Assembly (NCBI GenBank): GCA_965249275.1
Contig: CBDFLQ010000005.1
Location: forward strand, 128,001-192,000
Length of the DNA stretch: 64,000 nt
Direction: 5' to 3'
Origin: Dehalococcoidia bacterium
GTDB taxonomy: Bacteria > Chloroflexota > Dehalococcoidia > Plut-88900
Made by a program: the position numbers and the translations under genes. Below the pieces are notes generated by a model. It made no database searches, was not told the DNA's origin, and saw nothing but the letters and a program-made list of their open reading frames with translations. This document shows, in pieces, positions 10,030 to 20,019 of this stretch (position 1 is its first letter; each line of letters starts with the position of its first letter).

Positions 10030-12306
10030 TTGACTGAATATCTGGCGCGCATAAGTGCGCGCAAGCCCTTCTTGATCATTGCTATCTGGGCTGTGATAGG
10101 GCTGGTGGCGGGCGGGTTTGCTGTTGACGCCCAGATCGCCCCTTGGCCTCCGCCTCTTACCGACTTCCTCGACAGGGCCACCACCACCGAGTTTAAGCTC
10201 AGTAGCAGCGCGGGGTCCGGACGCGCCGACCGCCTCCTGGAAGACCGGCTCCGCGGCCCCAAACCCGTAACCGAACTGATAATCTTTCAGTCAAACTCCG
10301 TCACTGTAGACGACCCCTCATTCCGACCCAAAGCCCAGGAGGTGGCCAACGACATCCTGGCCCTCGGGCCCGATATCGTAGCCCTTCCTCCCGACTTCAA
10401 TCCCGCCGCTCCTCCCCCCATCTCCGAAGACCGCAGCACCACGTTCTTCGCCGTGATCATGACCGGCTCCTTCGAAGACGCCGTGGACAATGTCCCAGAA
10501 GTTCTCCACGTAGTCGAGGAGGCAGACAGAAAGGACGGCCTCCGCGTTTTCATGGTCGGAGACGCCAGCACCGCCCACGACAACAACGAGCTGTCCGAAA
10601 ACGACCTGAGGCGGGGGGAACGCGTCGGCCTTCCCATCGCCCTCGTTATTCTCATCGTCCTCTTCGGTACAATCGCCGCAGCCCTAATGCCCGTCGGACT
10701 GTCCATTGCCGCCATCATGGTTGCCCTCGGCATCACGGCCCTCGTAGGACAGGTCTTCGATCTGACCATCTTCGTCACCCTCATGATCATCATGATAGGG
10801 CTGGCTGTCGGGATCGACTATTCCCTCGTCATAATCTCCCGCTACCGGGATGAGCTTGCCCGCGGCCTCGACACCAAGCCGGCCATCGAGCGCGCCGGCG
10901 CAACCGCCGGCCGCACCGTCCTGTTCAGCGGCATCACAGTCGTGATCGCCCTGTGTGGCATCCTGATTGTTCCCTTCTCTTTCTTTCAGTCCCTGGCTAT
11001 TGGGGCAATTCTGGTCGTACTGGTCGCCTTGGCGGCCACCCTCACCCTTCTGCCCGCCAACCTTGCGATCATGGGCCCGAGAATCAACCACCTGCCCATA
11101 CCCTTCTTCGGCAAGTCTAGAATCGCGCCCTCCGAGTCCTCCGGGCAGGGCTTCTGGGAGCTTATAACCCGCATTGTTACCAAGTCTCCTATGATCAGCT
11201 TCCTTATCGTAGCCGCCCCCATGGCCGCCGCTACCTATTTCTATTTCGATATAGAAACAGGCCTTAATGGGGTCGACGCCTTCCCCGAAGGTACCCAGAC
11301 CCGAGAAGCCTTCTTCGTGATGGAAGAGCACTTCTCCTTCGGCCTCGTCAACCCGACTGAAATAGTCATCGACGGCGATATTGACAGCCCAGCGGTCCGG
11401 CAGGCCATAGGCGAGCTTCAGGCCTCCCTGGCCGCTCATCAGGGCCTGGAAGTCGTTCCCGGTGAGACCGTCAACGATCCCCGAGACCTCGCCCTGTTTA
11501 CCGTTCTCATTCCCGGCGAACCCCGCACCCAGGAAGCCGTCGACGTCGTCAATACCATCCGAGACCAGTACATCCCCGCCGCCTTCGACGGGGTAGACGC
11601 TGAGGTCTTTGTCGGCGGCATTAGCGCGGAAGCGACAGACGTGTACTCCATAGTCCAACGATACACGCCCATCGTATTCGCCTTCGTACTCGGCTTCAGC
11701 TTCCTTGTGCTAATGCTGGTTTTCCGCTCGATAGTCATCCCCATCAAAGCCGTATTCATGAACCTCCTATCCGTCGGCACCGCCTAAGGGCTCATGGTCC
11801 TGGTCTTCCAGAAGGGAGGCGCCGACTTTCTCGGCTTCCAGCACGCGGAGGTCATCGACGTCTGGATTCCCCTCTTCCTATTCTCCATCCTCTTCGGCCT
11901 CTCTATGGACTACCACGTCTTCCTCCTGAGCCGCATCCGCGAGCACTACGATCAGACCGGGGACAACGCCGAGGCCGTGGCCTACGGCCTCCGCTCCACC
12001 GCCGGTTTGATCACCGGCGCCGCCCTTATAATGGTCGCCGTTTTCGGCGCTTTTGCCAGCGGCAAGACCATAATCAACCAGCAGGTCGGGTTTGGGCTTT
12101 CAGTAGCCGTGTTACTGGACGCCACCCTCGTGCGCTCAGTTCTCGTCCCGGCCAGCATGGATATGCTTGGCAGACGCAACTGGTACCTCCCATCCTGGCT
12201 GAACTGGCTGCCAGACCTGAGAATAGAAGCGGAAGAAATTCCAGCTCTTAATGTTCAAGGTCAAGCCTTACAAGGAGGTGTCACCGCCAATGACAATCCC
12301 GACTGA
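10030..12306 (+). pseudogene. MMPL/RND family transporter interrupted by an in-frame TAA at 11785
   Basis: GLAVGIDYSL, AGRTVLFSG and FGLSMDYHVFLLSRIRE motifs; ORFs 10030..11787 and 11794..12306 share a frame and read LLSVGTA*GLMVLVFQ where Tyr is expected. Confidence 0.85.
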
Positions 12307-13465
12307 CTACACAATTGGTTACGAAAAGGCCCGCGCCGTCGCACCCGATATCGCAGATAAATACATCACACACACCCTTATTGGAGACCCCCTGGGCGAA
12401 GAGATGGCGGCAGACCTCGAGGCGTTCAGCGCATCTGAATCAGAGAGGCTCATTCAAGCGGCCATGAATGAGGAAGGTGAGGAGGCCCTGAGAGACGCCC
12501 CGGACTCCCTGCGAAGATTTTTCAAAGAAGCGGAAACCCCGCCGGAGTGGCTCGACTATTCCACATTTGCCCCGAGTGTCCGTATGTTTTACAGAAACTC
12601 GCAGATAGTCCTGGCGGCATTCGTTGCAGGAGTTCTAATAGAAGGCTTTACAACCAACATCGCAAAGTCCTTCTTCATTACCGGGCGGGTGCGTGACCAG
12701 GGCATCAGGCGTCTGGGGCAGAACAACCGTCACATGATGGAGATATTCCTCCCCGGCGGCATGTACAGGCATGGGGACGGCTGGAAGCTTTCCCTCCGCA
12801 TCAGGATAGTTCACGCACGGCTTAGACGCCTCCTCAGCGCTTCCGAAGACTGGGATAAGGAAGCTTGGGGAGAGCCCATCAGTGCCGCTCACCTGGGCTA
12901 CGCCATTACCGCTTTCTCGGCAAGGCTGCTCAAGCACATGAAGACCCTCGGCGCCAAATATAATAGCGAAGAATACGACAGTTTTATGGCGGTTTGGCGC
13001 TATAGCGGTCACATAATGGGCATCCCTCAAACCATCCTGTTCCAGGATGCCGATGAAGCTCTCAAGCTGTGGAAAATCGCCCTCATGTGCGAGCCCGATT
13101 CCCCAATTGAATCCATCGTGATGGCTCACGCGCTGGTCAACTCGGCCCCATTGATTGCCGGGGTCACCGAGCTGGAGGCCCGCCGCAGCCTGGCCCGGTA
13201 CGTGTACCGCTTGTCCCGCGGACTCATCGGAAAAGAGTACGCCGAATCGCTGCTGTATCCACGCATCTCCCCCTTTGGAGCAGTATGGTGGTTCAGAACG
13301 CAGCAGCGCTACGGCCACATCCTGAGCAAGCTGTTGCCGGGTCGCCGCGAAGACAATAACTTCTCCAAATTCACGTCCCTGCTCAGCACTTCATTGTTCG
13401 ACGAGGAAGGGATACGCTACACATTGCCCGACCGCGTGTACGCGGAAGAGTCCATCCACTGGTAG
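12290..13465 (+). CDS. MpaB/Lcp-like (DUF2236) oxygenase family protein
   Basis: GDPLG, PPEWLD, RIRIVHARLR, W...WGEPIS and WRYSGHIMGIP motifs; AGGAGGTG RBS. Confidence 0.8.
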   Translation: MTIPTDYTIGYEKARAVAPDIADKYITHTLIGDPLGEEMAADLEAFSASESERLIQAAMNEEGEEALRDAPDSLRRFFKEAETPPEWLDYSTFAPSVRMFYRNSQIVLAAFVAGVLIEGFTTNIAKSFFITGRVRDQGIRRLGQNNRHMMEIFLPGGMYRHGDGWKLSLRIRIVHARLRRLLSASEDWDKEAWGEPISAAHLGYAITAFSARLLKHMKTLGAKYNSEEYDSFMAVWRYSGHIMGIPQTILFQDADEALKLWKIALMCEPDSPIESIVMAHALVNSAPLIAGVTELEARRSLARYVYRLSRGLIGKEYAESLLYPRISPFGAVWWFRTQQRYGHILSKLLPGRREDNNFSKFTSLLSTSLFDEEGIRYTLPDRVYAEESIHW

Positions 13466-13650
13466 CGGGCGTGTCCCTCTACCACCGATCGCATTGCACA
13501 GGCAGTATTCTATCTTGACATAGAGATGCTATAATCCCGAATGGAAAATTCGTAGTCCTAAACCGCACCCTCCGCCTAGCCCTCCGGCAAGGAGGCGTGC
13601 TCAGGGTCGCGGTGCCCGATTCAGCATAGCCATCTAGGGAGACGGTCTCA

Positions 13651-14049
13651 ATGGATACCAACGGTCAGGAAGACGGAGCGACCACTTGGGCGGTCGCCGA
13701 CACTAAGAATCTGACGATACAGGGAGAAAAGAAGTCCGGGACCCTCATCGCAAAGGCTGCTGGGCGCATAGACGGCAGCAACGCCCGAGAATTTCAGGAC
13801 GCCCTGGATACCTTCCTGGAAGGCGAAGTGTCCGCCCTTATTCTGGACATGGAGAATCTCACCTACATCAGTAGTGCTGGGCTCAGAGTCATATTGATAG
13901 TATCCAAGAAGCTGCAAAGGTCATCCTCCAAGTTCGGCATCTGCGCTCTCTCAGAGTCCATTGGAGAGGTATTCCAGATCAGCGGCTTCGACAAGATCAT
14001 CTCGACCCACCGCACCCAGGCCGATGCGCTCTCCGCTATCAACAGCTAA
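13651..14049 (+). CDS. STAS-domain anti-anti-sigma factor (RsbV/SpoIIAA-like)
   Basis: GRID...LDMENLTYISSAGLRV with the phosphorylatable Ser; VFQISGF. Confidence 0.92.
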   Translation: MDTNGQEDGATTWAVADTKNLTIQGEKKSGTLIAKAAGRIDGSNAREFQDALDTFLEGEVSALILDMENLTYISSAGLRVILIVSKKLQRSSSKFGICALSESIGEVFQISGFDKIISTHRTQADALSAINS

Positions 14050-14140
14050 CGGCAGCCCTCGCCCCCGAACCAATCTTTATGCCTACCCCGAGCGCAGGGA
14101 CCAGATCCGTTAGCCACGCATCTATCACAGGACACAGCTA

Positions 14141-15307
14141 ATGGCTATGGAGCCGCCTTACAAAATCCTCGTAGTAGACGACGAACCGGACCTCGAGCCC
14201 CTCATGCTCCAGCGTATGCGCCGCGACATCCGACGCGGCCAATACGAATTTGTCTTCGCTCACGATGGCAATGAGGCCTTGGCATGCCTCAACGATCACG
14301 AAGATGTCGATATCGTCCTTTCGGACATTAACATGCCCGGCATGGACGGCCTCACCCTCCTGGAACAAATCCCCCACGTTGACCCCAAAATCCGCGCCGT
14401 CATGGTTTCCGCCTACGGCGACATGAAGAACATCCGCACGGCGATGAACCGCGGCGCTTTTGACTTCGTCACAAAACCCATCGACTTCGAGGACCTCAGG
14501 GTCACCATAGAACGCACTCTGCGACATATGATGGAATGGCGCGAGGCCCTGGCCTCGCGCGATAAGCTCGTCGCTCTCCAGAATGAACTTGACGTTGCCC
14601 AAAAAATCCAACAGTCCGTCCTCCCGACCGAGTTCCCCGTCAGCGACTATTACGAGATAGACGGCCACATGCAGGCTGCCCGGGAAGTGGGCGGGGACTT
14701 TTACGACGTACTGCGCCTTGAGAACGGCCGCGTCGGCCTCTCCGTGGCCGACGTCTCGGACAAGGGTGTTCCCGCCGCTCTATTCATGATGTCCACCCTC
14801 ACCCTTCTCAAGGGCTCGGCCATAGGCGTCGGCGCCCCGGCGGCCGTCCTGACCGAAGTCAACGATCTCCTCAACGAGGAGAACGAGGCCGCTATGTTCG
14901 TCACTCTCTTATACGCCGTCTTTAACCCCGCCAACGGCCTGCTGAACTATGCCAATGGCGGCCACAATCCTCCCATCATTGTCCATCCGGACGGCACTTC
15001 AACGCTTCTCCCGGCTACCGGTGGAATCGCCCTCGGTGTAGCCCCAAAGTTCCAATACGAAGAGAGTTCCGTCATCCTGGACCCCGGGGACACTTTAGTC
15101 CTATACACCGACGGCGTCACCGAGGCTATGAACGCCGAAGGCGAAGAGTTCGGCCTGGACCGCCTCCGCGATCTCTTCACCAATGTCCCACCCAGGAGTC
15201 CTAAAGAGACCAATACAGCCATATTCGAAGCCGTCAGCGCATTCGCAGGTGACACCCCACAGTCCGACGACATCACCTGTCTGGCCTGCCGACGGAGCGA
15301 GTCCTGA
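14141..15307 (+). CDS. Receiver domain + PP2C phosphatase (RsbU/SpoIIE-like)
   Basis: REC: ILVVDDE, SDINMPGMDG, KP; PP2C: VGGDFYD, ADVSDKG, YTDGVTE, SDDIT. Confidence 0.95.
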   Translation: MAMEPPYKILVVDDEPDLEPLMLQRMRRDIRRGQYEFVFAHDGNEALACLNDHEDVDIVLSDINMPGMDGLTLLEQIPHVDPKIRAVMVSAYGDMKNIRTAMNRGAFDFVTKPIDFEDLRVTIERTLRHMMEWREALASRDKLVALQNELDVAQKIQQSVLPTEFPVSDYYEIDGHMQAAREVGGDFYDVLRLENGRVGLSVADVSDKGVPAALFMMSTLTLLKGSAIGVGAPAAVLTEVNDLLNEENEAAMFVTLLYAVFNPANGLLNYANGGHNPPIIVHPDGTSTLLPATGGIALGVAPKFQYEESSVILDPGDTLVLYTDGVTEAMNAEGEEFGLDRLRDLFTNVPPRSPKETNTAIFEAVSAFAGDTPQSDDITCLACRRSES

Positions 15308-15310
15308 GCC

Positions 15311-15730
15311 TTGAGCGCTAAGCTATCCCTCAAGTTCAAGTCCGACCGCGAAGAGCTCGACGGCATCACCGCCGCCGTTGAGGCATTCTCCGCCGACGAG
15401 GACTGGTCCACCGACCTCCTTTTCCGCATCAACCTCGTCATTGAAGAGCTTGTCCTCAACATCATTGACTACGGCTACGATGACAACGATCACGAGATCG
15501 AGCTCAACTTCAAGTCAGACACCAACTCCGTTACTGTCGACATCACGGACGAAGGCCGCGCCTTTGATCCCCTCAATGACGCTCCCGAACCCGACATCGA
15601 CTCCCCCCTCGAAGAACGTCATGTTGGCGGCCTCGGCGTATACCTGGCCCGAACCATGATGGACGAACTCACCTATCGCCGCGAAAACAGCCGCAATCAC
15701 CTTACGCTGGTCAAACGCCGCGAAGAGTAA
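15311..15730 (+). CDS. Anti-sigma factor Ser kinase (RsbW-like HATPase)
   Basis: EELVLNIIDYG N-box, DEGRAFDP, GGLGVYL. Confidence 0.92.
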   Translation: MSAKLSLKFKSDREELDGITAAVEAFSADEDWSTDLLFRINLVIEELVLNIIDYGYDDNDHEIELNFKSDTNSVTVDITDEGRAFDPLNDAPEPDIDSPLEERHVGGLGVYLARTMMDELTYRRENSRNHLTLVKRREE

Positions 15731-15762
15731 CCACAACACTTCAAGATTGAATCGACTAAAGA

Positions 15763-15788
15763 AAGGACCCGCACGTTGTGCGGGCCTT
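15763..15788. terminator. Hairpin between convergent operons, probably a bidirectional terminator
   Basis: AAGG-A-CCCGCAC GTT GTGCGGG-CCTT with A/T-rich flanks. Confidence 0.6.
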
Positions 15789-15825
15789 GATCTTTATCTC
15801 CTGGTTAAGTTGAAGAGGCTAGCAC

Positions 15826-16779
15826 TCACACCAGCTCATATTCGAAGTACGTTGAAGTAACCAGATCGTGCAAGACTCGGCACTGGTCTCCCATTTGCTG
15901 TAGAAACTCCTGGTGGTTCTCCCGGTCCGGCCAGTCATAGTTAACAAGTGCTCCCAGCCAGCCCACGAGCCGGCGGGCCGCTGCACTCGAACCCTCGTCG
16001 GGTGCAGGCCCGAACCCCGACAACACCTCAGACGCACTGCCCAATGACCGGCTTAAAGAGCTGGGTAACTGGGGATCAGCCACCAGCAAATCCAACACCT
16101 GGCTCGCCTGCACTTCGACTCCATACTTTTGCCCGTACGCATCGAATGCATTGTATATTCGCAAAAGGCTCAGCCAGTCATAGTCCGATTCTTCCTCACT
16201 CGTGGCTTCGGCAGCCATATGTGCGAGAAGGAGCGACACCAGTTGCTGGGCCCGCTCCATGGTGCTCCCCAACTGCAAGAAGCGCCAGCCGTCGTCGCGG
16301 TACATCGTCGTCAGCGCCACTCCTTCAAACCTGTTTATGTCCACAATCGTCTCCGCATAGAATCCTTGCGGGGATGTGGCCCAGATGTCCTGTATCCTCA
16401 TCTTTTGGATCCGTAGATAGGACAGGTTCAGGGACGTCCACATTTCCCCGCTTATGCGGTTGCGCATCTGACGGGCGTTCTCTCTGCCCATCCAGAAGCA
16501 CTGCCACACCGACCCCGGATTCGAGCGTTCGAAGGTCAGGTCGTCCGCCAGGGTGAAGGAATCGGCGAGGATGAAGTCGTCATCGTCGCTTACGTCCAGG
16601 CTGCCCCCCGGAGGCGCCCTCCCGACACAGGCATAGATGCGCCGCCACCCGAAGTAGATTTCCCGCACCGGCCGGTCCACCAACGCCTCCGTCTGCAATT
16701 GCAGCAGGCGGCTCAGGTGACGCGCCCGCTCGAGGTAGCGCCCCATCCAGTACAGCCCTTGAGCGCTACGTGAGAGCAT
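15826..16779 (-). CDS. Alpha-E domain protein (DUF403)
   Basis: MLSRSAQGLYWMGRYLERA, RENARQMR..IS.EMW and GWRFLQLG..MERA (repeated ER motifs). Confidence 0.92.
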   Translation of the reverse strand: MLSRSAQGLYWMGRYLERARHLSRLLQLQTEALVDRPVREIYFGWRRIYACVGRAPPGGSLDVSDDDDFILADSFTLADDLTFERSNPGSVWQCFWMGRENARQMRNRISGEMWTSLNLSYLRIQKMRIQDIWATSPQGFYAETIVDINRFEGVALTTMYRDDGWRFLQLGSTMERAQQLVSLLLAHMAAEATSEEESDYDWLSLLRIYNAFDAYGQKYGVEVQASQVLDLLVADPQLPSSLSRSLGSASEVLSGFGPAPDEGSSAAARRLVGWLGALVNYDWPDRENHQEFLQQMGDQCRVLHDLVTSTYFEYELV

Positions 16780-18172
16780 CCGCTTTCTTCGGCTCCGTTT
16801 CTTCGTCGAATTCTTCCGGCATCAAAATGAACTCGGGGTAGGACTCCATGCCCAGCTCCGCTACATCCTGACCGAGTTCCTCTACCTGCCTCGTAATCCG
16901 CACACCCAGCACCCTGTCCAATGCCCACCACACGGTAAACGCCGAGCCAAACACGAACCCGCCTACCGCAGCTATACCCATCAGCTGGATGTGGAACTGA
17001 CCGCCGGATGTGAAGGTGACCGCCAATGTGCCCCAGATCCCCGCAATTAAGTGCGCCGGGATCGCTCCCACCACGTCGTCCAGCTTCATCTTCTCCAGCA
17101 ACTTGATGCCGGCGGTACACAACAACCCGCCTATCGCCCCGACTACAACCGCCCAGAAGTGGTCCGTGCTCGCTGGTCCGGCGGTAATCGCCACCAGACC
17201 TGCTATAGCGCCGTTCAGCCCCGCAAACAGGTCTATTCGTCCCAGGATTGGCCTCGATACCGCCAGTGCAGTCACCACGCCCGCCGCCGCCGCCAGGTTG
17301 GTGTTAACCAGCACCACGCTCATCGCCACTGCGTCCAGAGCGCTCCCGAGCGCCAGCTGTGAGCCTCCATTGAACCCGAACCACCCAAGCCACAGGATGA
17401 AGACCCCAAGGGTGACCAGGATCACGTTGGACGGCGGGGTCGGTTTCACCCGGCCGTCCTTTCGGAACTTGCCGAGCCTCGGGCCCACCAGCATTATCCC
17501 GGCCAGTGCCGCCCAGCCTCCCGTGCTGTGGACTATCGTAGAGCCCGCAAAGTCTGAGAACCCAGCCTGTGCCAGCCAGCCGCCACCCCACGTCCACGCC
17601 CCGACTATGGGGTATATGAACGCCGTCAACGCCAATGTGAATAAGAAGAAGGGCAGTAGCTTTATCCGCTCTGCTATAGCCCCGGAAACTATTGATGCCG
17701 CCGTCGCCACGAAGACCATTTGGAAGAACCAGTCCGACATAACGGAGTAGCCGTTGCTAATGACCGCGCCGGTTGCCTCACTGTCTCCGCCTATCATCGC
17801 AACTTCATCCGCTGAAGGCCCGTACAGAAATTCGAACTTGCCCCACAACCCCACCTCTCCCACGTTCGTGTACATCAGGTTGTATCCGATGAAGAAGAAC
17901 GCCAATCCCGCTATCGAATATATGCCGATATTCTTAAGGCATATCGTCGATGCGTTCTTTGTACGCACCGACCCCGATTCCAGCATCGTAAAGCCTGCAC
18001 ACATCCACATCACCAGGGCTCCCCAGATAAGGAATGCAAACGTGTTCAAGATGAACTGCGACTCCTCATCCACTCCCGCGGCATGGGCAATCGCCGGTCG
18101 GGCCAGGAAGACCCCGGCTGTAAACAGCGCAACCAAAGCAAGTAGTATCCTGGGGCTGCGAATCACAAGCAT
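16766..18172 (-). CDS. amt: Ammonium transporter
   Basis: FQMVFVATAASIVSGA, DFAGSTIVH, GWFGFNGGS, DDVVGAIPAH (twin His). Confidence 0.97.
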   Translation of the reverse strand: MLVIRSPRILLALVALFTAGVFLARPAIAHAAGVDEESQFILNTFAFLIWGALVMWMCAGFTMLESGSVRTKNASTICLKNIGIYSIAGLAFFFIGYNLMYTNVGEVGLWGKFEFLYGPSADEVAMIGGDSEATGAVISNGYSVMSDWFFQMVFVATAASIVSGAIAERIKLLPFFLFTLALTAFIYPIVGAWTWGGGWLAQAGFSDFAGSTIVHSTGGWAALAGIMLVGPRLGKFRKDGRVKPTPPSNVILVTLGVFILWLGWFGFNGGSQLALGSALDAVAMSVVLVNTNLAAAAGVVTALAVSRPILGRIDLFAGLNGAIAGLVAITAGPASTDHFWAVVVGAIGGLLCTAGIKLLEKMKLDDVVGAIPAHLIAGIWGTLAVTFTSGGQFHIQLMGIAAVGGFVFGSAFTVWWALDRVLGVRITRQVEELGQDVAELGMESYPEFILMPEEFDEETEPKKADALT

Positions 18173-18227
18173 GTCTCTGGGCCTCCTCGCAATGTTTTGG
18201 TCTTAGGGTCTCTGATCAACGGTTTCG

Positions 18228-19661
18228 TCAATCTTCCAATACCCAGAAGTCCTTGCCACCGCCCCCTTGGCTGGAGTTAACCACCAAGCTCCCCCGACGC
18301 AGCGCCACCCGGCAAAAGGCCCCGGGGACCAGCCGAGTCTTCTGTCCGTGCAGTACGAAAGGTCTTAAGTCTACGTGCCGAGGCTCGAACTGCCCTTCGA
18401 TAAGGCACGGCGCTCTTGATAGGGCCAGCACCGGCTGCGAGATGTAGTTCGCCGGGTCTGCCCGTACCTCAGCCGCGTAAGTTTCCCGTTCCTCAGCCGT
18501 CGAGTGCGGACCTATCAGCATCCCGTATCCCCCGGAACCCCCCACCTGTTTCACCACCAGGTCCTGAAGGTTGTCCAGAGTGTACTCCAGGTCCTCGGGG
18601 CGGCGGCAGAGCCGCGTATCCACGTTCTGGAGGATCGGCTCCTCGCCTAGATAGAAACGCACCATGTCCGGTACGTAAGCGTAGACGCTCTTGTCGTCCG
18701 CCACCCCCGTCCCGGGTGCGTTCACCAGGGCCACGTTGCCCAGCTTGTAGGCATGTACCAGCCCCGGCACCCCCAGCAGCGAGTCTTCTCGAAACACCAG
18801 CGGGTCCAGGAAATCGTCGTCCACCCGCCGATACACTATGTCCACCCGTTTCAGGCCATTGGTCGTGCGCATGTAGACCATGCCTTCTTTCACCACCAGG
18901 TCTTGCCCCTCCACCAGCTCTGCGCCTATCTCCTGCGCCAAAAATATATGTTCGTAGAATGCAGAGTTGTAGACCCCGGGCGTCAGAAGCACGATGGTCG
19001 GGTCCGTGCGGCCGCTTGGCGCCAGCTCCAGCAACGTCTCCCGCAGCGCACGCCCGTAGTGTTCCACTTCTTTCACCCGAGACGTCCTGTACAGCCGCCG
19101 TAGGCTTGCCTTCGCCGCCTTCCGGTTGGCCAGCATGTAGGAAACGCCCGAAGGCACCCGAAGGTTGTCCTCCAACACCTTCCACCCGTCGTTCGTCCGC
19201 ACCAAATCGGTGCCACATATGCTTACCCACGTCCCGTAAGGCGCGGAAAAGCCTCGCATCTCGGTCCGGTATTGCGGACAGCCCATCACCACGTCCGCGG
19301 GAATCACTCCGTCCCGGATGATACGGGCCTCGCCGTATACGTCCTCCAGAAACGTATTGAGGGCCTTGAGCCTCTGGGTCAGCCCTCGTTCCAAGTCATC
19401 CCAGTCAGCTCTCGCCATGGCCCGGGGCACGCAGTCTATGGGGATGATTCGCTCATCGGCCTCTTCGTCTCCGTAGACAACAAAGGTAATCCCCTCCGTC
19501 GAAAACGAACGCATGACCCGATCCTGGATATTGTGAAGCTCTTCAGCGGAAAGTTGGGTCAGGGTCTCGTATATCTGCCGGCAGTGCTCCCTTGGGGAGC
19601 CGTCCGGCAGGAACATCTCGTCATATATGAGAGGATCGAGTTCGTAAGTGTCAAAGTTCAC
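18228..19661 (-). CDS. Circularly permuted type 2 ATP-grasp protein (DUF404)
   Basis: EDNLRVPSGVSY, YRRVDDDFLDP, NAPGTGVADDK, HVDLRPF, VNSSQGGGGKD. Confidence 0.95.
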   Translation of the reverse strand: MNFDTYELDPLIYDEMFLPDGSPREHCRQIYETLTQLSAEELHNIQDRVMRSFSTEGITFVVYGDEEADERIIPIDCVPRAMARADWDDLERGLTQRLKALNTFLEDVYGEARIIRDGVIPADVVMGCPQYRTEMRGFSAPYGTWVSICGTDLVRTNDGWKVLEDNLRVPSGVSYMLANRKAAKASLRRLYRTSRVKEVEHYGRALRETLLELAPSGRTDPTIVLLTPGVYNSAFYEHIFLAQEIGAELVEGQDLVVKEGMVYMRTTNGLKRVDIVYRRVDDDFLDPLVFREDSLLGVPGLVHAYKLGNVALVNAPGTGVADDKSVYAYVPDMVRFYLGEEPILQNVDTRLCRRPEDLEYTLDNLQDLVVKQVGGSGGYGMLIGPHSTAEERETYAAEVRADPANYISQPVLALSRAPCLIEGQFEPRHVDLRPFVLHGQKTRLVPGAFCRVALRRGSLVVNSSQGGGGKDFWVLED

Positions 19662-20019
19662 GGCAACAACCCATTTACGAGAGGTGTGAGTATACCAGAG
19701 TATTTATCCACCACTGTGACTGTAGCCATCTCCTCTCGAACAACTGCTCTTTTGTAAGGAGCATTTACCTTTCTTCTCGGCACCCAGGTTGACGAAATTG
19801 CTGTAGATGAAATTGGAATAGCGTTAGTGTACAGTCCGTTGGGCCCCCTAAAATGCCCAATCCATATTGTCTATGATGCCCCACGGTCATACCCAGACGT
19901 ATCACCGTGGGAAAGTGCACGATCTTTCTAAGGGCCGTGTTCATATGCTATCTTTTCGGCCCTAAGCCATGTGAGTTATCCATGAATAGCATCCCTGCAC
20001 TTGACTAGGAGCTTGAGTT

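Noticed and set aside
13516-13535. TTGACA/TATAAT consensus promoter pair
   Set aside because: The spacer is only 9 nt; only the extended -10 is credible.
70-19661. The giant transglutaminase as the missing partner of the CP-ATP-grasp/alpha-E operon
   Set aside because: It is more than 7 kb away in a separate transcription unit, membrane-anchored and TgpA-like, unlike the small cytoplasmic transglutaminases of those operons.
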